A DNA stretch of 64,000 nucleotides from Alphaproteobacteria bacterium UBA3650 (GCA_002373815.1 DFKH01000083.1:2376-66375), one strand, 5' to 3'. Counted from the first letter of the stretch, positions 8,117-18,745 are shown. Notes: generated from the letters alone by a model not told the origin. Made by a program: numbers and translations.

Positions 8117-8782
8117 ATGCATTCATATGTTCTCAGTTTTTCTTCTGAACTGTATCCATTGACATTAGAAGAAGTGGCTGCTTTACCAGATGCAACAATT
8201 CCTTTTACTGCAAAGGAAGAAGAAGTTATTATTTTATTAGGCGGCAATACCCTTATCAAAGAAGATTGTTTATTAGCTGGACGTTCAAAAATTAAACAAG
8301 CTATTCAGAAAAAAAACAAAACAGTTTCTGTGCGTATTGCTTTTCCTGTTCCAGCGCATATCGGGGCATTATTTGCCTTAATCAAAAAAGTGCGTTATCG
8401 TTGGAAAACAAATGGGACATGTGTTTATCATCTTGACCCCCATTTTTTACGAGATCATGGTTTGGAACGTTTTAAACGGACGGCAGACAATGCATATCAA
8501 TTTTCCAATCATCGTTGGAAAAAAAGCCCTGCCCAGCAACAGGAGCGATATCACAAATTGTTGGAAAATATGTCTCATGGCTATGACGATTCTTTTCCTA
8601 TGCGTGTTATGCTATGTCGTACAAACGGCTCAAAAGATTCTTTAGATGATGGTCATCATCGTTTAGGCATTTGCATTGACAACCATATTCCTCTTGTCGC
8701 GATTCGTTTTTGCTATGCCTCCTCATGGCAAGCTGTACGTCAGATTTTTTCGTTTTCCAAACGCTATTATACAGATAAATAA
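8117..8782 (+). CDS. ParB/sulfiredoxin-like nuclease-domain protein (putative)
   Basis: DGHHRLGICIDNHIPLVAIRF contains the DGHHR-type motif of ParB-like nuclease domains. Start placed at the ATG after the tRNA fragment; the ORF track's 8033 start runs through the fragment. Confidence 0.35.
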   Translation: MHSYVLSFSSELYPLTLEEVAALPDATIPFTAKEEEVIILLGGNTLIKEDCLLAGRSKIKQAIQKKNKTVSVRIAFPVPAHIGALFALIKKVRYRWKTNGTCVYHLDPHFLRDHGLERFKRTADNAYQFSNHRWKKSPAQQQERYHKLLENMSHGYDDSFPMRVMLCRTNGSKDSLDDGHHRLGICIDNHIPLVAIRFCYASSWQAVRQIFSFSKRYYTDK

Positions 8783-8790
8783 CATTCTTG

Positions 8791-9693
8791 TTATTCTGTG
8801 TAAAACGATTTATCAAAACGTCTATGAATCCACAAATATTGCTCAGGATTCTTTTTAATCCATTCCCAATACAAATTATTCACATCTGTCATGATGGCCT
8901 TAATTGCCTCTTGATAAGGCAATTCTTTTGGGATTTCCAACCTTTTTTCAATAGAAAATGTATAAATATTATCGGGACCTCTGACCCCTTTTACCATTAA
9001 AATTGCCGCACCTTTTTTTATCGCCAAAGAGGCCATAGCTGTTGCCGTCATAGCGGGCTTTCCAAAGAAAGGTATTTCCATACCTTCACGTAATTTCTGA
9101 TCACACAAAATTGCAATAAAATCACCTTTATTCAATGTTTCCAACATCAATCGCGCCCCGACTACACCTTTAGGAATTTTAACACCAGGTCTCCGTTCAA
9201 ATAAAATTTTATTCAGCCACGGATTATTCGCCTTACGATAAACAGGATTTAAATGGAAATCAGGCCCTACTAATTTCGCTACATCAAATTCCCAGCCCCC
9301 AAAATGCGCTGTACAAATAAATCCTCCTTTACCTTCTTGTTGAGCCTTTCGTGCCAATCCCATATTTACTTTACGAGATTGTTTTAAAACTTCAGATCCA
9401 TGTGCAGATTCTGCAAACAACATACCAAAGTGGCGCCACATTTTTTTGACAATTTCGCGATGTTCTGCTTCTGTTTTATCGGGCAGGCCCACAGACATAT
9501 TTTTCATTGCGATTTTGTTGCGATTCCATGCAAAATAATAAATGATACGCCCGATTCCAGATCCCATTGCGCGAGCCATCGGTAACGGCAACAACCACAT
9601 AATGCCACAAATAATACCGACCACCAATCCAACAAATGGGTCCTCAATGTAACGTTTAAACGGTGGACGTTTCGCCTGATGAATCTGAACCAT
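8791..9693 (-). CDS. lipid A biosynthesis acyltransferase (LpxL/HtrB lysophospholipid acyltransferase family)
   Basis: ~300 aa with an N-terminal hydrophobic segment and a TAHFGGWE-type motif. Sits directly downstream of lpxK and waaA as in other Kdo2-lipid A clusters. Confidence 0.55.
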   Translation of the reverse strand: MVQIHQAKRPPFKRYIEDPFVGLVVGIICGIMWLLPLPMARAMGSGIGRIIYYFAWNRNKIAMKNMSVGLPDKTEAEHREIVKKMWRHFGMLFAESAHGSEVLKQSRKVNMGLARKAQQEGKGGFICTAHFGGWEFDVAKLVGPDFHLNPVYRKANNPWLNKILFERRPGVKIPKGVVGARLMLETLNKGDFIAILCDQKLREGMEIPFFGKPAMTATAMASLAIKKGAAILMVKGVRGPDNIYTFSIEKRLEIPKELPYQEAIKAIMTDVNNLYWEWIKKNPEQYLWIHRRFDKSFYTE

Positions 9694-10660
9694 TTAACAC
9701 CCCTTGCAACAAATGCCACACATCTTCTGGCTTATCAAAAATAAATTTGCCAGGCATCACAAATACATTTTGGCGCACATCCTTTGGTAATTTGACGCCA
9801 TCTTTTTCTGTTGTCAACAATGGTAATCCCTTTGCTTTTTTCTTAATATCCTCAATGTCAAAACGTGTATAATAGTAATGATCTGGAAAATCCTCCGTTC
9901 CGACGACAAAAATATCTTTATCCTGTAATGATTGATAAAATTTTTGAGGATTCCCTAGTCCTGCAAAAGCAAAAACATTTTTTCCCTTAAATAAAGAAAC
10001 AACTGTTTCATCTAACTCAAAATGACCAGTTAAAATGGGTAAATTCACGCCATTACGTTCCAAGTAAAATTGAACACCCCAAGTGTCTTTGCCAACCAAA
10101 ATCACAGCATTTGCACGTTTCAATCCTTCTAAGGCAGGTTCACGCAAAGGTCCAGCGGGTAACACACACTCATTTCCAAAGCCTTTTTTACCATCCACGA
10201 CCACAAATGAAAAATCTTTCTGTAATGATGGATTTTGAAACCCATCATCCATAATTAAAGCTTTTGCTCCCCATTTTTCAGCCAATTTTGCACCCTTTGC
10301 CCTTTGATGATTGACGATAGTTGGGGCTGTTTCGCTGAGTAATAGGGCCTCATCTCCCACATCCAGAGCAGAATGGGTGCGTTTATCCACCAAAACATTT
10401 TGTTTATCAGCTTTATATCCATGGTTCAGATAGTAAAAACTTTTGCCTTTGGTATGCAATAATTCACCCAAAGCCAAGCAGACAGGTGTTTTGCCAACGC
10501 CCCCCACAAAAATATTTCCCACACAAATAACGGGAACTGATGCTTTATAACCTTTTTTTGCCACACGTCGGCGTGTTATCATCGCATAAATTGCACTGAT
10601 AGGTTTTAACAGTGTCGTCCAAATACTTTTTTCTTTATTCCAAAATTTGGGGCTATGCAT
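9656..10660 (-). CDS. lpxK: tetraacyldisaccharide 4'-kinase
   Basis: Walker A-like VGNIFVGGVGKTP. 334 aa. Adjacent to waaA. Confidence 0.85.
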   Translation of the reverse strand: MHSPKFWNKEKSIWTTLLKPISAIYAMITRRRVAKKGYKASVPVICVGNIFVGGVGKTPVCLALGELLHTKGKSFYYLNHGYKADKQNVLVDKRTHSALDVGDEALLLSETAPTIVNHQRAKGAKLAEKWGAKALIMDDGFQNPSLQKDFSFVVVDGKKGFGNECVLPAGPLREPALEGLKRANAVILVGKDTWGVQFYLERNGVNLPILTGHFELDETVVSLFKGKNVFAFAGLGNPQKFYQSLQDKDIFVVGTEDFPDHYYYTRFDIEDIKKKAKGLPLLTTEKDGVKLPKDVRQNVFVMPGKFIFDKPEDVWHLLQGVLNGSDSSGETSTV

Positions 10661-10661
10661 T

Positions 10662-11927
10662 TTAAATGATTCCCTTTTGTTTCAAACAATCACACAATCT
10701 TGGCAATACAGCCATCTCGGAACTGGCTGTTCTGTGTCCATTATCCGCTAATTCTTGGCGTTTTATTGGACTTGATAACAATTCGTGAACTGTCGCCGTC
10801 AGGGTCTGTTCATCGGGGACCTCTAACAACGCTGATGTTTCTTTTGCAGACTGTACTATCTCTTTAAAATTAAAGGCATAAGGGCCGATAACAACCGCAC
10901 GCGACAAATTCATTGGTTCTAACATATTTTGCCCACCAAAAGGAATCAACGATCCTCCCACAAATACGATTGGCGCTAAACGATATAGCAACCCCATTTC
11001 TCCGATTGTATCCGCTAAATAAATATCTGTTTCATTTGTGATTGATTCTTTTCTAGAACGACGTGCCACTTTAAGACCTTTTTTTTCAAACATCTTTTCA
11101 ATTACGTCTGCTCGATTGGGGTGTCGTGGCACACACACTGTTAAAATATGTTCAAAACTTTCTTTTAATTTTAAGTGAACATTTGCCATTTTTTCTTCTT
11201 CGTTGTCATGGGTAGAGGCTCCACACCAGCAAGGTCTATCGCCTATTTGAGATAACAATTTTGACAATTCGTTTTCATCAAAAGGTGAAGGAGGAGCGGC
11301 ATATTTAATGTTACCTACACAATCAATTTGAGGACTTCCCAAAACTTGCAATCGACGTGCATTTTCAAGCGATTGCCCCAATGTTAAGGTAAAATTTTGC
11401 AGTAATGGTTTAATAAACCATTTGGCTTTTTGCCAACGTGCAAAAGATTTATCTGAAATACGTCCATTCAATAAAACCAAAGGAATTTTCGCTGCATGAA
11501 TAGAGGCCAATAAATTAGGCCAAAAATCAGATTCAAACCACAACACCGCGTCTGCATGAAAATGACGCACAAAATGGCGAGCGCCCCATGGGGAATCAAT
11601 TGGTATAAATTGATGAAACGCCCGATCGGGCAGGCGTTTTGCCATTAAATCAGCCGATGTAACTGTCCCGCTTGTTACCATAATATGCAAAGCTGGATCT
11701 AGCTCAAGCAATTTATTGATGAGAGGCATCATAGATAGGCATTCCCCCACGCTTGCCCCATGCATCCATATTAATTTGCCTTCGGGACGTTCTATTTTGG
11801 GATAGCCCAAGCGTTCGCAAAACCTTGTTTTACTTTCTTTTCCTTTGATTCTGCGTATCCAAAACCACACAGCCAAAAATGGTGTTATCAATACAAAACC
11901 CAAGCGATACAAAAATAAAGGTATCAT
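10662..11927 (-). CDS. waaA: 3-deoxy-D-manno-octulosonic acid (Kdo) transferase
   Basis: 421 aa with an N-terminal membrane anchor and WMHGASVGE..LIPFGGQN glycosyltransferase family 30 features. Confidence 0.85.
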   Translation of the reverse strand: MIPLFLYRLGFVLITPFLAVWFWIRRIKGKESKTRFCERLGYPKIERPEGKLIWMHGASVGECLSMMPLINKLLELDPALHIMVTSGTVTSADLMAKRLPDRAFHQFIPIDSPWGARHFVRHFHADAVLWFESDFWPNLLASIHAAKIPLVLLNGRISDKSFARWQKAKWFIKPLLQNFTLTLGQSLENARRLQVLGSPQIDCVGNIKYAAPPSPFDENELSKLLSQIGDRPCWCGASTHDNEEEKMANVHLKLKESFEHILTVCVPRHPNRADVIEKMFEKKGLKVARRSRKESITNETDIYLADTIGEMGLLYRLAPIVFVGGSLIPFGGQNMLEPMNLSRAVVIGPYAFNFKEIVQSAKETSALLEVPDEQTLTATVHELLSSPIKRQELADNGHRTASSEMAVLPRLCDCLKQKGII

Positions 11928-11992
11928 TTTTTCTCTCTTTTGATTATAATATACGTACTTATTCTAGCAAATTAAAAACAAAAAGGCAACAC

Positions 11993-12514
11993 ATGATTGG
12001 ATTTTATACACAAAACAAAAACACTTGTGATCAATTTATCGCAATATTATCGGATCTTTCTGTGATTGCATATCAACCAAACAATCAATATCAGGCGCTT
12101 ATCTGGTTATCAGACAAGGCTCCTCCCAAGGACACGCCTGTTTTAAATATTCCATTTAATGAATTACCTTGGACTCGTACTCAATGGCGATTGTTTGTAC
12201 AAAAGTATTTAATAGAAACGAGCCGTTATGAAAATTCCTCTTTTATTTTTGATTCTTCTCAACGCCTTTTGACCGATCTCATTTCCAACAAGTCGATGGC
12301 TTTAACTGAAAAAGAAACCGCTTTTCTGGCCTTTTTGGTTCAAGCCAAAAATCATACTGCCACAAGGGAGGAGATATTGGAACACGTTTGGCAATACAGC
12401 CCTGAGGCTGAAACACACACAGTTGAAAGTCATCTTTATGCCTTAAAACAAAAAATCGGTACCCATGCGGATAAGCTTATCAACGCACAAGAAGGTATAT
12501 TTCGTTTAATTTAA
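11993..12514 (+). CDS. orphan OmpR/PhoB-type winged-helix DNA-binding protein with a non-receiver N-terminus
   Basis: C-terminal LTEKETAFLAFLVQAKNHTATREEILEHVWQYSPEAETHTVESHLYALKQKIG fits Trans_reg_C. The N-terminal ~90 aa lacks the DD/D/K receiver residues. ATG at 11993 chosen over the ORF track's 11879 extension. Confidence 0.5.
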   Translation: MIGFYTQNKNTCDQFIAILSDLSVIAYQPNNQYQALIWLSDKAPPKDTPVLNIPFNELPWTRTQWRLFVQKYLIETSRYENSSFIFDSSQRLLTDLISNKSMALTEKETAFLAFLVQAKNHTATREEILEHVWQYSPEAETHTVESHLYALKQKIGTHADKLINAQEGIFRLI

Positions 12515-13174
12515 TTACTCACTAACTAAATTATCACCTGGACCTTGCGGCGCCATTGGAGAGGCAGGTTGTTGTCTGGCCTGTTGTGGTTGTGCCACCG
12601 GACGGCCTTGCTGTTGTATTCCCTCTTGATCGGGGTTTTGTGCTGCCACCATACCATACAACAACTTATGATTTAAATCATCTTCCAAAGCCGTTTTCCT
12701 GAGAACTGGATTCTTATTTAAATACCACAGCAAATTGCGGCCAAAATCGTCTGTTGCTGATAAGTTAGCACCCGCAGCTTCTAATAACTCCATAATTTGT
12801 TTATTTGGGGCATAATATGCTGCAAACAAAATCAAAGGAATTTGTTTTGGAGCACCTACAATCGGAAACGCATCCAACGGAACAACAGCATTTGCTCGAT
12901 TTTGATCTTGGCGCAAAATAGCTTCTAGCACATCTGGATTTCCACGACGGATTGCCAATTGGGTTAAGGTTCCGCCACAACGCACTTGTTCGTCAAACAC
13001 CACACCCCGTTGAATCAGTGCTTGAATTTCCTCAGCCCCTCTTGCATTTACAATTAAATTTTGAAGCGGCGTTAAAGCACACTCCCCTGCCTTTTGAGCC
13101 AATGAAGGCGTAGCAATCAAAGCACACACAGACAATAATAATAATTTTTTCATGGAATTCCCCCTTTTTATCAA
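12515..13174 (-). CDS. secreted ankyrin-repeat protein
   Basis: Signal peptide MKKLLLLSVCALIATPSLA. Ankyrin-like repeats (GGTLTQLAIRRGNPDVLEAIL..., PLILFAAYYAPNKQIMELLEAAGANL...). Pro/Gln-rich C-terminal tail. Confidence 0.65.
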   Translation of the reverse strand: MIKRGNSMKKLLLLSVCALIATPSLAQKAGECALTPLQNLIVNARGAEEIQALIQRGVVFDEQVRCGGTLTQLAIRRGNPDVLEAILRQDQNRANAVVPLDAFPIVGAPKQIPLILFAAYYAPNKQIMELLEAAGANLSATDDFGRNLLWYLNKNPVLRKTALEDDLNHKLLYGMVAAQNPDQEGIQQQGRPVAQPQQARQQPASPMAPQGPGDNLVSE

Positions 13175-13795
13175 CTAGTCTTTATATGGATTTTGGAACA
13201 TAAAAATCTTTTTGTCAACAGGAATATTTTGTTTGATATCAAAAAGTGATACTGTGGACTTGATTCCTTGTACATCTAACACATCCCATTGTTTTAAAGT
13301 CATTTCATCTTTATCAATGACAAGTGTCAATTCTCCTAACTCCTTTGCCCCTTTTTTATGCGCTGTAATAAAGTATTCATCCAATACATCTTGGACATCC
13401 GTCACCACAAATCCTGGATCATCAAATAACAATTTTTCACGCAAGATCCACTCTACCGGAGTGCTGTTCAAATCAAAATAATTTACCTCTTCTAGATCTT
13501 TATCATGATAGATGAAAGCCCCTTTTGTTGCTACAAATTCCAGAGGAGAGCCTTTTTCATAAACAAGACGCATTTGCCCTGGCTTGGAAATGTAGATTGT
13601 TCCCGTATGCAATTCATCTTTCATTTTGGAATTAAACTGCGCGAATTTAGCTTGCAACGTTTTCATTTTGTTATAGGCCTTTTCAACTTTCGTCAAAATA
13701 GCTCGATTTGCAGGCGTATCAATTTTTTTATCCACCAACGCAAAACTTGGTGTAGCGAAAATCAAAGCTAAACATAATAAAATTAGTTTTTTCAT
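13175..13795 (-). CDS. lolA: outer-membrane lipoprotein carrier protein LolA
   Basis: Signal peptide and LolA-like length and sequence. Downstream of ftsK, as is common. Confidence 0.8.
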   Translation of the reverse strand: MKKLILLCLALIFATPSFALVDKKIDTPANRAILTKVEKAYNKMKTLQAKFAQFNSKMKDELHTGTIYISKPGQMRLVYEKGSPLEFVATKGAFIYHDKDLEEVNYFDLNSTPVEWILREKLLFDDPGFVVTDVQDVLDEYFITAHKKGAKELGELTLVIDKDEMTLKQWDVLDVQGIKSTVSLFDIKQNIPVDKKIFMFQNPYKD

Positions 13796-15999
13796 CCTTC
13801 ACCTCCGGCGTTAGGGGCTAAAATTTCACGTTTTCCAGACACATTTGGCGCAGAAACGATGCCTTCTGCCTCCATTCGATCAATTAAATCGGCTGCCTTG
13901 TTATAGCCGATAGACAAACGCCGCTGAATATAGCTTGTCGTTGGCTTTTTATCACGTAAAACAATTTGAACAGCTTTATCATACAACTCGTCTCCACTAT
14001 TACCAGATCCACCCATTGTTCCCCCAGAAGCCATATTGGCCGATTCGGACACAACGGCATCCACATACTCTGGTTTGCCTTGATGGGTCCAATGGTTCAC
14101 AACGGCTTGAACATCTTCATCTGACACAAAAGGTCCATGCACCCGCACAGGTTTGTTGCCTGCCGGCATATACAGCATATCTCCTCGACCCAACAACTGC
14201 TCTGCCCCTTGTTCATCCAAAATTGTACGTGAGTCAATTTTGTTTCTAACTTGGAAAGAAATGCGTGATGGGAAGTTGGATTTAATCGTTCCCGTAATCA
14301 CATCTACAGATGGACGTTGTGTTGCTAAAATCAAGTGAATACCCACCGCACGAGCCATTTGGGCCAACCGTTGAATCAATGGATCTGCCTCTTTACCGCA
14401 TTGCCCCATTAAATCAGCCATTTCATCAATGATAAATACAATATAGGGCAAGGGCGTTAAATCAAACGGCTTATCCTCCATAATTGGTTCACCCGTCGTG
14501 GCATCAAAACCCGTTTGCACTCGACGTTTTAGTTCAATACCTTCAGCTTTTGCTTGTTTTAATTTTTCATTAAAACCAGTAATATTTCTGACACCCAATT
14601 GACTCATAGAACGATAGCGATCTTCCATTTCGTGTACCGCCCACTTCAACGCCATCAAGGCTTTTTGAGGCTCTGTCACAACTGGTGTCAGCAAGTGTGG
14701 AATGCCGTTGTACACAGATAACTCCACCATCTTGGGGTCAACCAAAATCAATCGACATTGTTCGGGGGTGAAGCGATATAATAATGACAAAATCATTGTA
14801 TTGATACCAACTGATTTACCAGAACCCGTTGTTCCTGCGACCAATAGGTGTGGCATTTTGGCTAAATCTGCATATACGGGATGTCCACCAATATCTTTGC
14901 CTAAAATAATTGGTAAAGCACCTGTATGTTCTTGGAATGATGTCTGTTCAATCATCTCACGAACATACACCGTCTCACGAGATTTATTTGGCATTTCAAT
15001 ACCTATGGCATTTGTCCCTGGAATAACCGCCATACGGACAGATTGAACTTCCATTTCGCGTGCCACATCTTCCGCTAAAGAAATCACGCGCGACACCTTT
15101 ACCCCAGATGCAGGCTCAAACGAATAAAGTGTTACCACTGGACCAGGGGCTACTTTTGTGATTTTTCCTTGTACCTGAAATTCACGCAAGACGTTTTCTA
15201 ATTTTTCAGAATAATGAGCCATCATTTCTTTACTTAGCGCTGGTCCAGAAGATTCTTTGACTGGCGCTAATAATTTGCTTGATGGCAATTCATACATATT
15301 TTCTTCATTTAAATCCGCCATGATATCCGCTTTCTTTTTATTTACAGCTGTTGCTTTTACTTTTGTTTTAGGGGCGGATTTCTTAATTTTATTGACTTGT
15401 GCTTTCACATACATTGCCTTAAATGGTTTTTTAACTTTTTCAGGCACTTTGACAGGTAGTTTTTTGATTCCCCACAATAAACCAGTTCCTGTGAATAACC
15501 CCACTTTCAATACTGGTAATTTTAAAATAACAATAATCAACAGTGTTGCAATTATTCCCATTAGTACGCTCATCATCTTAGATGGAAGATACCATTTTGT
15601 CAGATATCTTCCTACAAAACCACCCAAGCCAGCTTTAAAAAATTCAGATGGTGTTTGATTCAAACTGGCCAACAACCAACTTCCAATTAAGCAAGCAATT
15701 ATTACGCCAAGGGTACGCCAATACATGTGTTCTTTTTTCAAAAACACAAAAATTCCAAATATAAAGCAAGCAATTGGTACAACAATAGCCATTGCTCCAA
15801 AAGATTGTAGCAAGGCATCTGCAATCCACGCGCCAAATGGTCCCAACCAATTTCTTGTTGGCAGGCTGGACGCTGTATTCCATGAGGCATCCCATTTATC
15901 ATAAGCCAAGAGGCTCAAGCCTATCAAAAGCCCCAATGAAATCCAAATACAGCCTTTTATCCAAAACGGCACATTGATCTTTCTTTTCTTCTTAACCAT
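13792..15999 (-). CDS. ftsK: DNA translocase FtsK
   Basis: N-terminal TM segments, Walker A GTTGSGKS, C-terminal gamma domain (SYIQRRLSIGYNKAADLIDRMEAEGIV). Confidence 0.95.
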   Translation of the reverse strand: MVKKKRKINVPFWIKGCIWISLGLLIGLSLLAYDKWDASWNTASSLPTRNWLGPFGAWIADALLQSFGAMAIVVPIACFIFGIFVFLKKEHMYWRTLGVIIACLIGSWLLASLNQTPSEFFKAGLGGFVGRYLTKWYLPSKMMSVLMGIIATLLIIVILKLPVLKVGLFTGTGLLWGIKKLPVKVPEKVKKPFKAMYVKAQVNKIKKSAPKTKVKATAVNKKKADIMADLNEENMYELPSSKLLAPVKESSGPALSKEMMAHYSEKLENVLREFQVQGKITKVAPGPVVTLYSFEPASGVKVSRVISLAEDVAREMEVQSVRMAVIPGTNAIGIEMPNKSRETVYVREMIEQTSFQEHTGALPIILGKDIGGHPVYADLAKMPHLLVAGTTGSGKSVGINTMILSLLYRFTPEQCRLILVDPKMVELSVYNGIPHLLTPVVTEPQKALMALKWAVHEMEDRYRSMSQLGVRNITGFNEKLKQAKAEGIELKRRVQTGFDATTGEPIMEDKPFDLTPLPYIVFIIDEMADLMGQCGKEADPLIQRLAQMARAVGIHLILATQRPSVDVITGTIKSNFPSRISFQVRNKIDSRTILDEQGAEQLLGRGDMLYMPAGNKPVRVHGPFVSDEDVQAVVNHWTHQGKPEYVDAVVSESANMASGGTMGGSGNSGDELYDKAVQIVLRDKKPTTSYIQRRLSIGYNKAADLIDRMEAEGIVSAPNVSGKREILAPNAGGEG

Positions 16000-16645
16000 T
16001 CAGCCCTCCGTTTTGTATCAACTTTTCAATCGCATCCTTTACCAAATAAATTGTAATACGACGTCCTTTGGCCAATGATAGTTCATCCGTCATATTCACC
16101 ACTTTACGTACCGCATCAAATGATCGCGGCACCCGTGTTGCAATATACATCAACACGGCAGGTTCAACAATGGCCTGTTTATCTGCAAACATTTTCGCAC
16201 ACACAGATTGAATTGTTTGATCATCTGGCATTTGAATTTCTGCTTTTGGTGTCATACCTATCCGAGATTGTAAATCTGGCAATTGAAAGGTTGGAATTTC
16301 TTTGGCTGTCATCAACAATCCTCCGCCCATTTCATTTATCCGATTAAACAGGTGAAACAAGGCCTTTTCATCTTTTAATTCTTCCAAATTCTCCACAACA
16401 ACCTTCTGGGTTTGAGGTATAAAATCTTCTGTTAGATCACTTGCTTCAATGCGTTCGTCCGAAAAAATCGCTGCCAAATGTGTTTTTCCGGAACCTGCTT
16501 CCCCATAAATTAGCAAAGCATGCGTTGGCCATTCTGGATATTTATCAATCCACGCAATGGCCTCTTGATTACATGGCGCTACCCAAAAATTGGAGCGTCC
16601 ATATGCTTGACGAGATGGAAAATCAAGTGCCAATTGTTCGGTCAT
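15992..16645 (-). CDS. hdaA: DnaA-regulatory inactivator HdaA
   Basis: N-terminal QLALDF clamp-binding-like motif. Walker A GEAGSGKTHL. DnaA domain III-like. Confidence 0.8.
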   Translation of the reverse strand: MTEQLALDFPSRQAYGRSNFWVAPCNQEAIAWIDKYPEWPTHALLIYGEAGSGKTHLAAIFSDERIEASDLTEDFIPQTQKVVVENLEELKDEKALFHLFNRINEMGGGLLMTAKEIPTFQLPDLQSRIGMTPKAEIQMPDDQTIQSVCAKMFADKQAIVEPAVLMYIATRVPRSFDAVRKVVNMTDELSLAKGRRITIYLVKDAIEKLIQNGGLNG

Positions 16646-17688
16646 TTACTCCCCTTATAAAAATCACTAGATTGATACCATTTAATCAAATGACGAATCA
16701 ACACGCCCAATACCGCCGCAAATGGCACAGCCAACAAAACCCCCAAGAAGCCGGCAACCATACCACCTGCCAACAAAACAAAGATAATCCACACAGGATG
16801 AAGTCCAACCCGTTTTCCCACCAAGTAAGGTGTTAAAAAATAACTTTCAGCAATTTGTCCAATCAAAAAAACGCCCCCCAAGCACAACCATTGTGTCATT
16901 GTCAATCCTTGCAAAAGCCCCAAAAGGACACTTAAAATCAACCCAATCGCATAACCGACATAGGGAATGAAGATCATGACACCGGTCAAAATACCCACAA
17001 GAGCCCCCATTTCTAGTCCGATTACAGACAAAGCTGTTGCATAATAAATCGCTAAAATCAGGCACACACTCGCTTGTCCACGAATGAAACCAGCCAACGT
17101 GGTATTGATTTCTTTCATCAAATTTTCTGCTACCGTCCGTTTTGTCATGGGAATCATCTCCTTTACATTTCGTGATACGTGTGGCCAATCACGCATTAAA
17201 TAAAACAATACAACAGGGGTAATCAATAATAAAGATACCAAACTAAACACAGCCATTCCCCCAGAAATAACATGCATCAATGCGGATCCCAAACCTTGAA
17301 ACACATTTAAGACTGTTCCAGATACTGAATCCGATAATTGATACAACTGTTGCTCAGTCATATTATGGCGACCATAGGTCAAAATATCTTTTAATTTATC
17401 CCAGATTAAATTCACCAATTTGGGAATACGCAATGTAAAATCCATGACTTGCGATTGCAAAATTGGCGTTATAATCAGCACCATCATAATTGCTACCATC
17501 AAAACACCAATGACCAATGTACCTGATGCCACCCCGCGGGGCATTTTATGTTCCATTTTGTTTGCAATTGGATTCAGGGCATATGCTAAAATAAAAGCCA
17601 AAACAAAGGGTAATAAAATACCACTGATTTGATACACCAAAAACCCTAATAATATAACACCTAATAATATCCATATATTTTTATTCAT
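16642..17688 (-). CDS. AI-2E family transporter (PerM/YhhT-like permease)
   Basis: 348 aa polytopic membrane protein with AI-2E-like topology and sequence. Confidence 0.75.
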   Translation of the reverse strand: MNKNIWILLGVILLGFLVYQISGILLPFVLAFILAYALNPIANKMEHKMPRGVASGTLVIGVLMVAIMMVLIITPILQSQVMDFTLRIPKLVNLIWDKLKDILTYGRHNMTEQQLYQLSDSVSGTVLNVFQGLGSALMHVISGGMAVFSLVSLLLITPVVLFYLMRDWPHVSRNVKEMIPMTKRTVAENLMKEINTTLAGFIRGQASVCLILAIYYATALSVIGLEMGALVGILTGVMIFIPYVGYAIGLILSVLLGLLQGLTMTQWLCLGGVFLIGQIAESYFLTPYLVGKRVGLHPVWIIFVLLAGGMVAGFLGVLLAVPFAAVLGVLIRHLIKWYQSSDFYKGSK

Positions 17689-18745
17689 ATTCAGCCATCC
17701 GTGTCAAAGTTGCCCCATTCCCCGAAAAATCTTTTTCCATTTGCCATCCCACTTCACGCAAGCGAGAAGCTATTGTATCCAAATCCCCTTTGTATGCAAC
17801 CTCCACCAACACCTGAGGCAAATATAATCCTTTTAAGCCAACATCATCAAAGAAACTCCACGTTTTCATTTCTTGTTCCAAACGCAACCATTCGGGCAAT
17901 GAATTGACAGGGATTCTCAAATAAAGTGTTTGTTTATCTGACAGACTTGTTGTTCGATCGGCGCGCCACCGTTTTTCCATTTCTGCAAAAACAGCATCAG
18001 CCATTTGACCAGCCGCCAATTTTTGATCTCCATTTGAAAAGCGAAAACGCTTTTGAACAACTTGATTTTGCATTCCTGAGGACGGAGAAAAACTAGATTC
18101 AATTTGCCACATATCATTTCCTTCATGTGTCAGGCGCAAAACCATCACGCGATCTTTTTTATAATCGCCTAACAGCATATTGGCCCCTCCAATATTTTCT
18201 TTTAACACATTCAATTCTTCTTCGGTTCCTTGAGGGACAACCGCTTGATAAAACGGCGCAAAGTCTTTCTTTTCCTTTAAGGCAAGGTACAATGGATTTG
18301 TCGCCTCTAATGTTTGTGTTTGACCATTCGCCACATATTCTGGAATTACCAATAAACTTGGGGCTTGTGTTTTAAGATATGTTACCTGCTCGGTATTTAA
18401 AAACTCTTTTACTGCCTTTGGATTAAACTCCACAGCAATATTCCCTATATACTTTGTAGCGGTTGTTTTCTCATTTTCAATAGACACGCCTTGCACATAC
18501 GGAAGGACTGTTTCTTCTGTTATTTGAGGCAATTGACCTGCACTTTGTGGTGATAACCGCGTTATCAATTGTTTAAAAGCCATCACTTGACCTTCCGCCA
18601 AGGCGGCTTCTTTTGCTTCTAAAGCGGATGAACGTTCGGCCACGACGGGTATATTGGTAACTCTGTATAGATTTGCTTTTACTGTTGTTCCACAGAAAAC
18701 AACACCGCATAGAGTCAACATTTTAATAAAATTTTTCATTTGCAT
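17681..18745 (-). CDS. DUF2066-like periplasmic protein
   Basis: Signal peptide. Resembles the DUF2066 family that neighbours hdaA/AI-2E in Alphaproteobacteria. Confidence 0.45.
   Translation of the reverse strand: MQMKNFIKMLTLCGVVFCGTTVKANLYRVTNIPVVAERSSALEAKEAALAEGQVMAFKQLITRLSPQSAGQLPQITEETVLPYVQGVSIENEKTTATKYIGNIAVEFNPKAVKEFLNTEQVTYLKTQAPSLLVIPEYVANGQTQTLEATNPLYLALKEKKDFAPFYQAVVPQGTEEELNVLKENIGGANMLLGDYKKDRVMVLRLTHEGNDMWQIESSFSPSSGMQNQVVQKRFRFSNGDQKLAAGQMADAVFAEMEKRWRADRTTSLSDKQTLYLRIPVNSLPEWLRLEQEMKTWSFFDDVGLKGLYLPQVLVEVAYKGDLDTIASRLREVGWQMEKDFSGNGATLTRMAEYE

Noticed and set aside
13884-15977. Multiple 60-130 aa ORFs on both strands inside ftsK (for example 13935-14249, 14702-15046, 15257-15658)
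   Set aside because: They are embedded in or antisense to a long, well-supported FtsK reading frame. Typical shadow ORFs.
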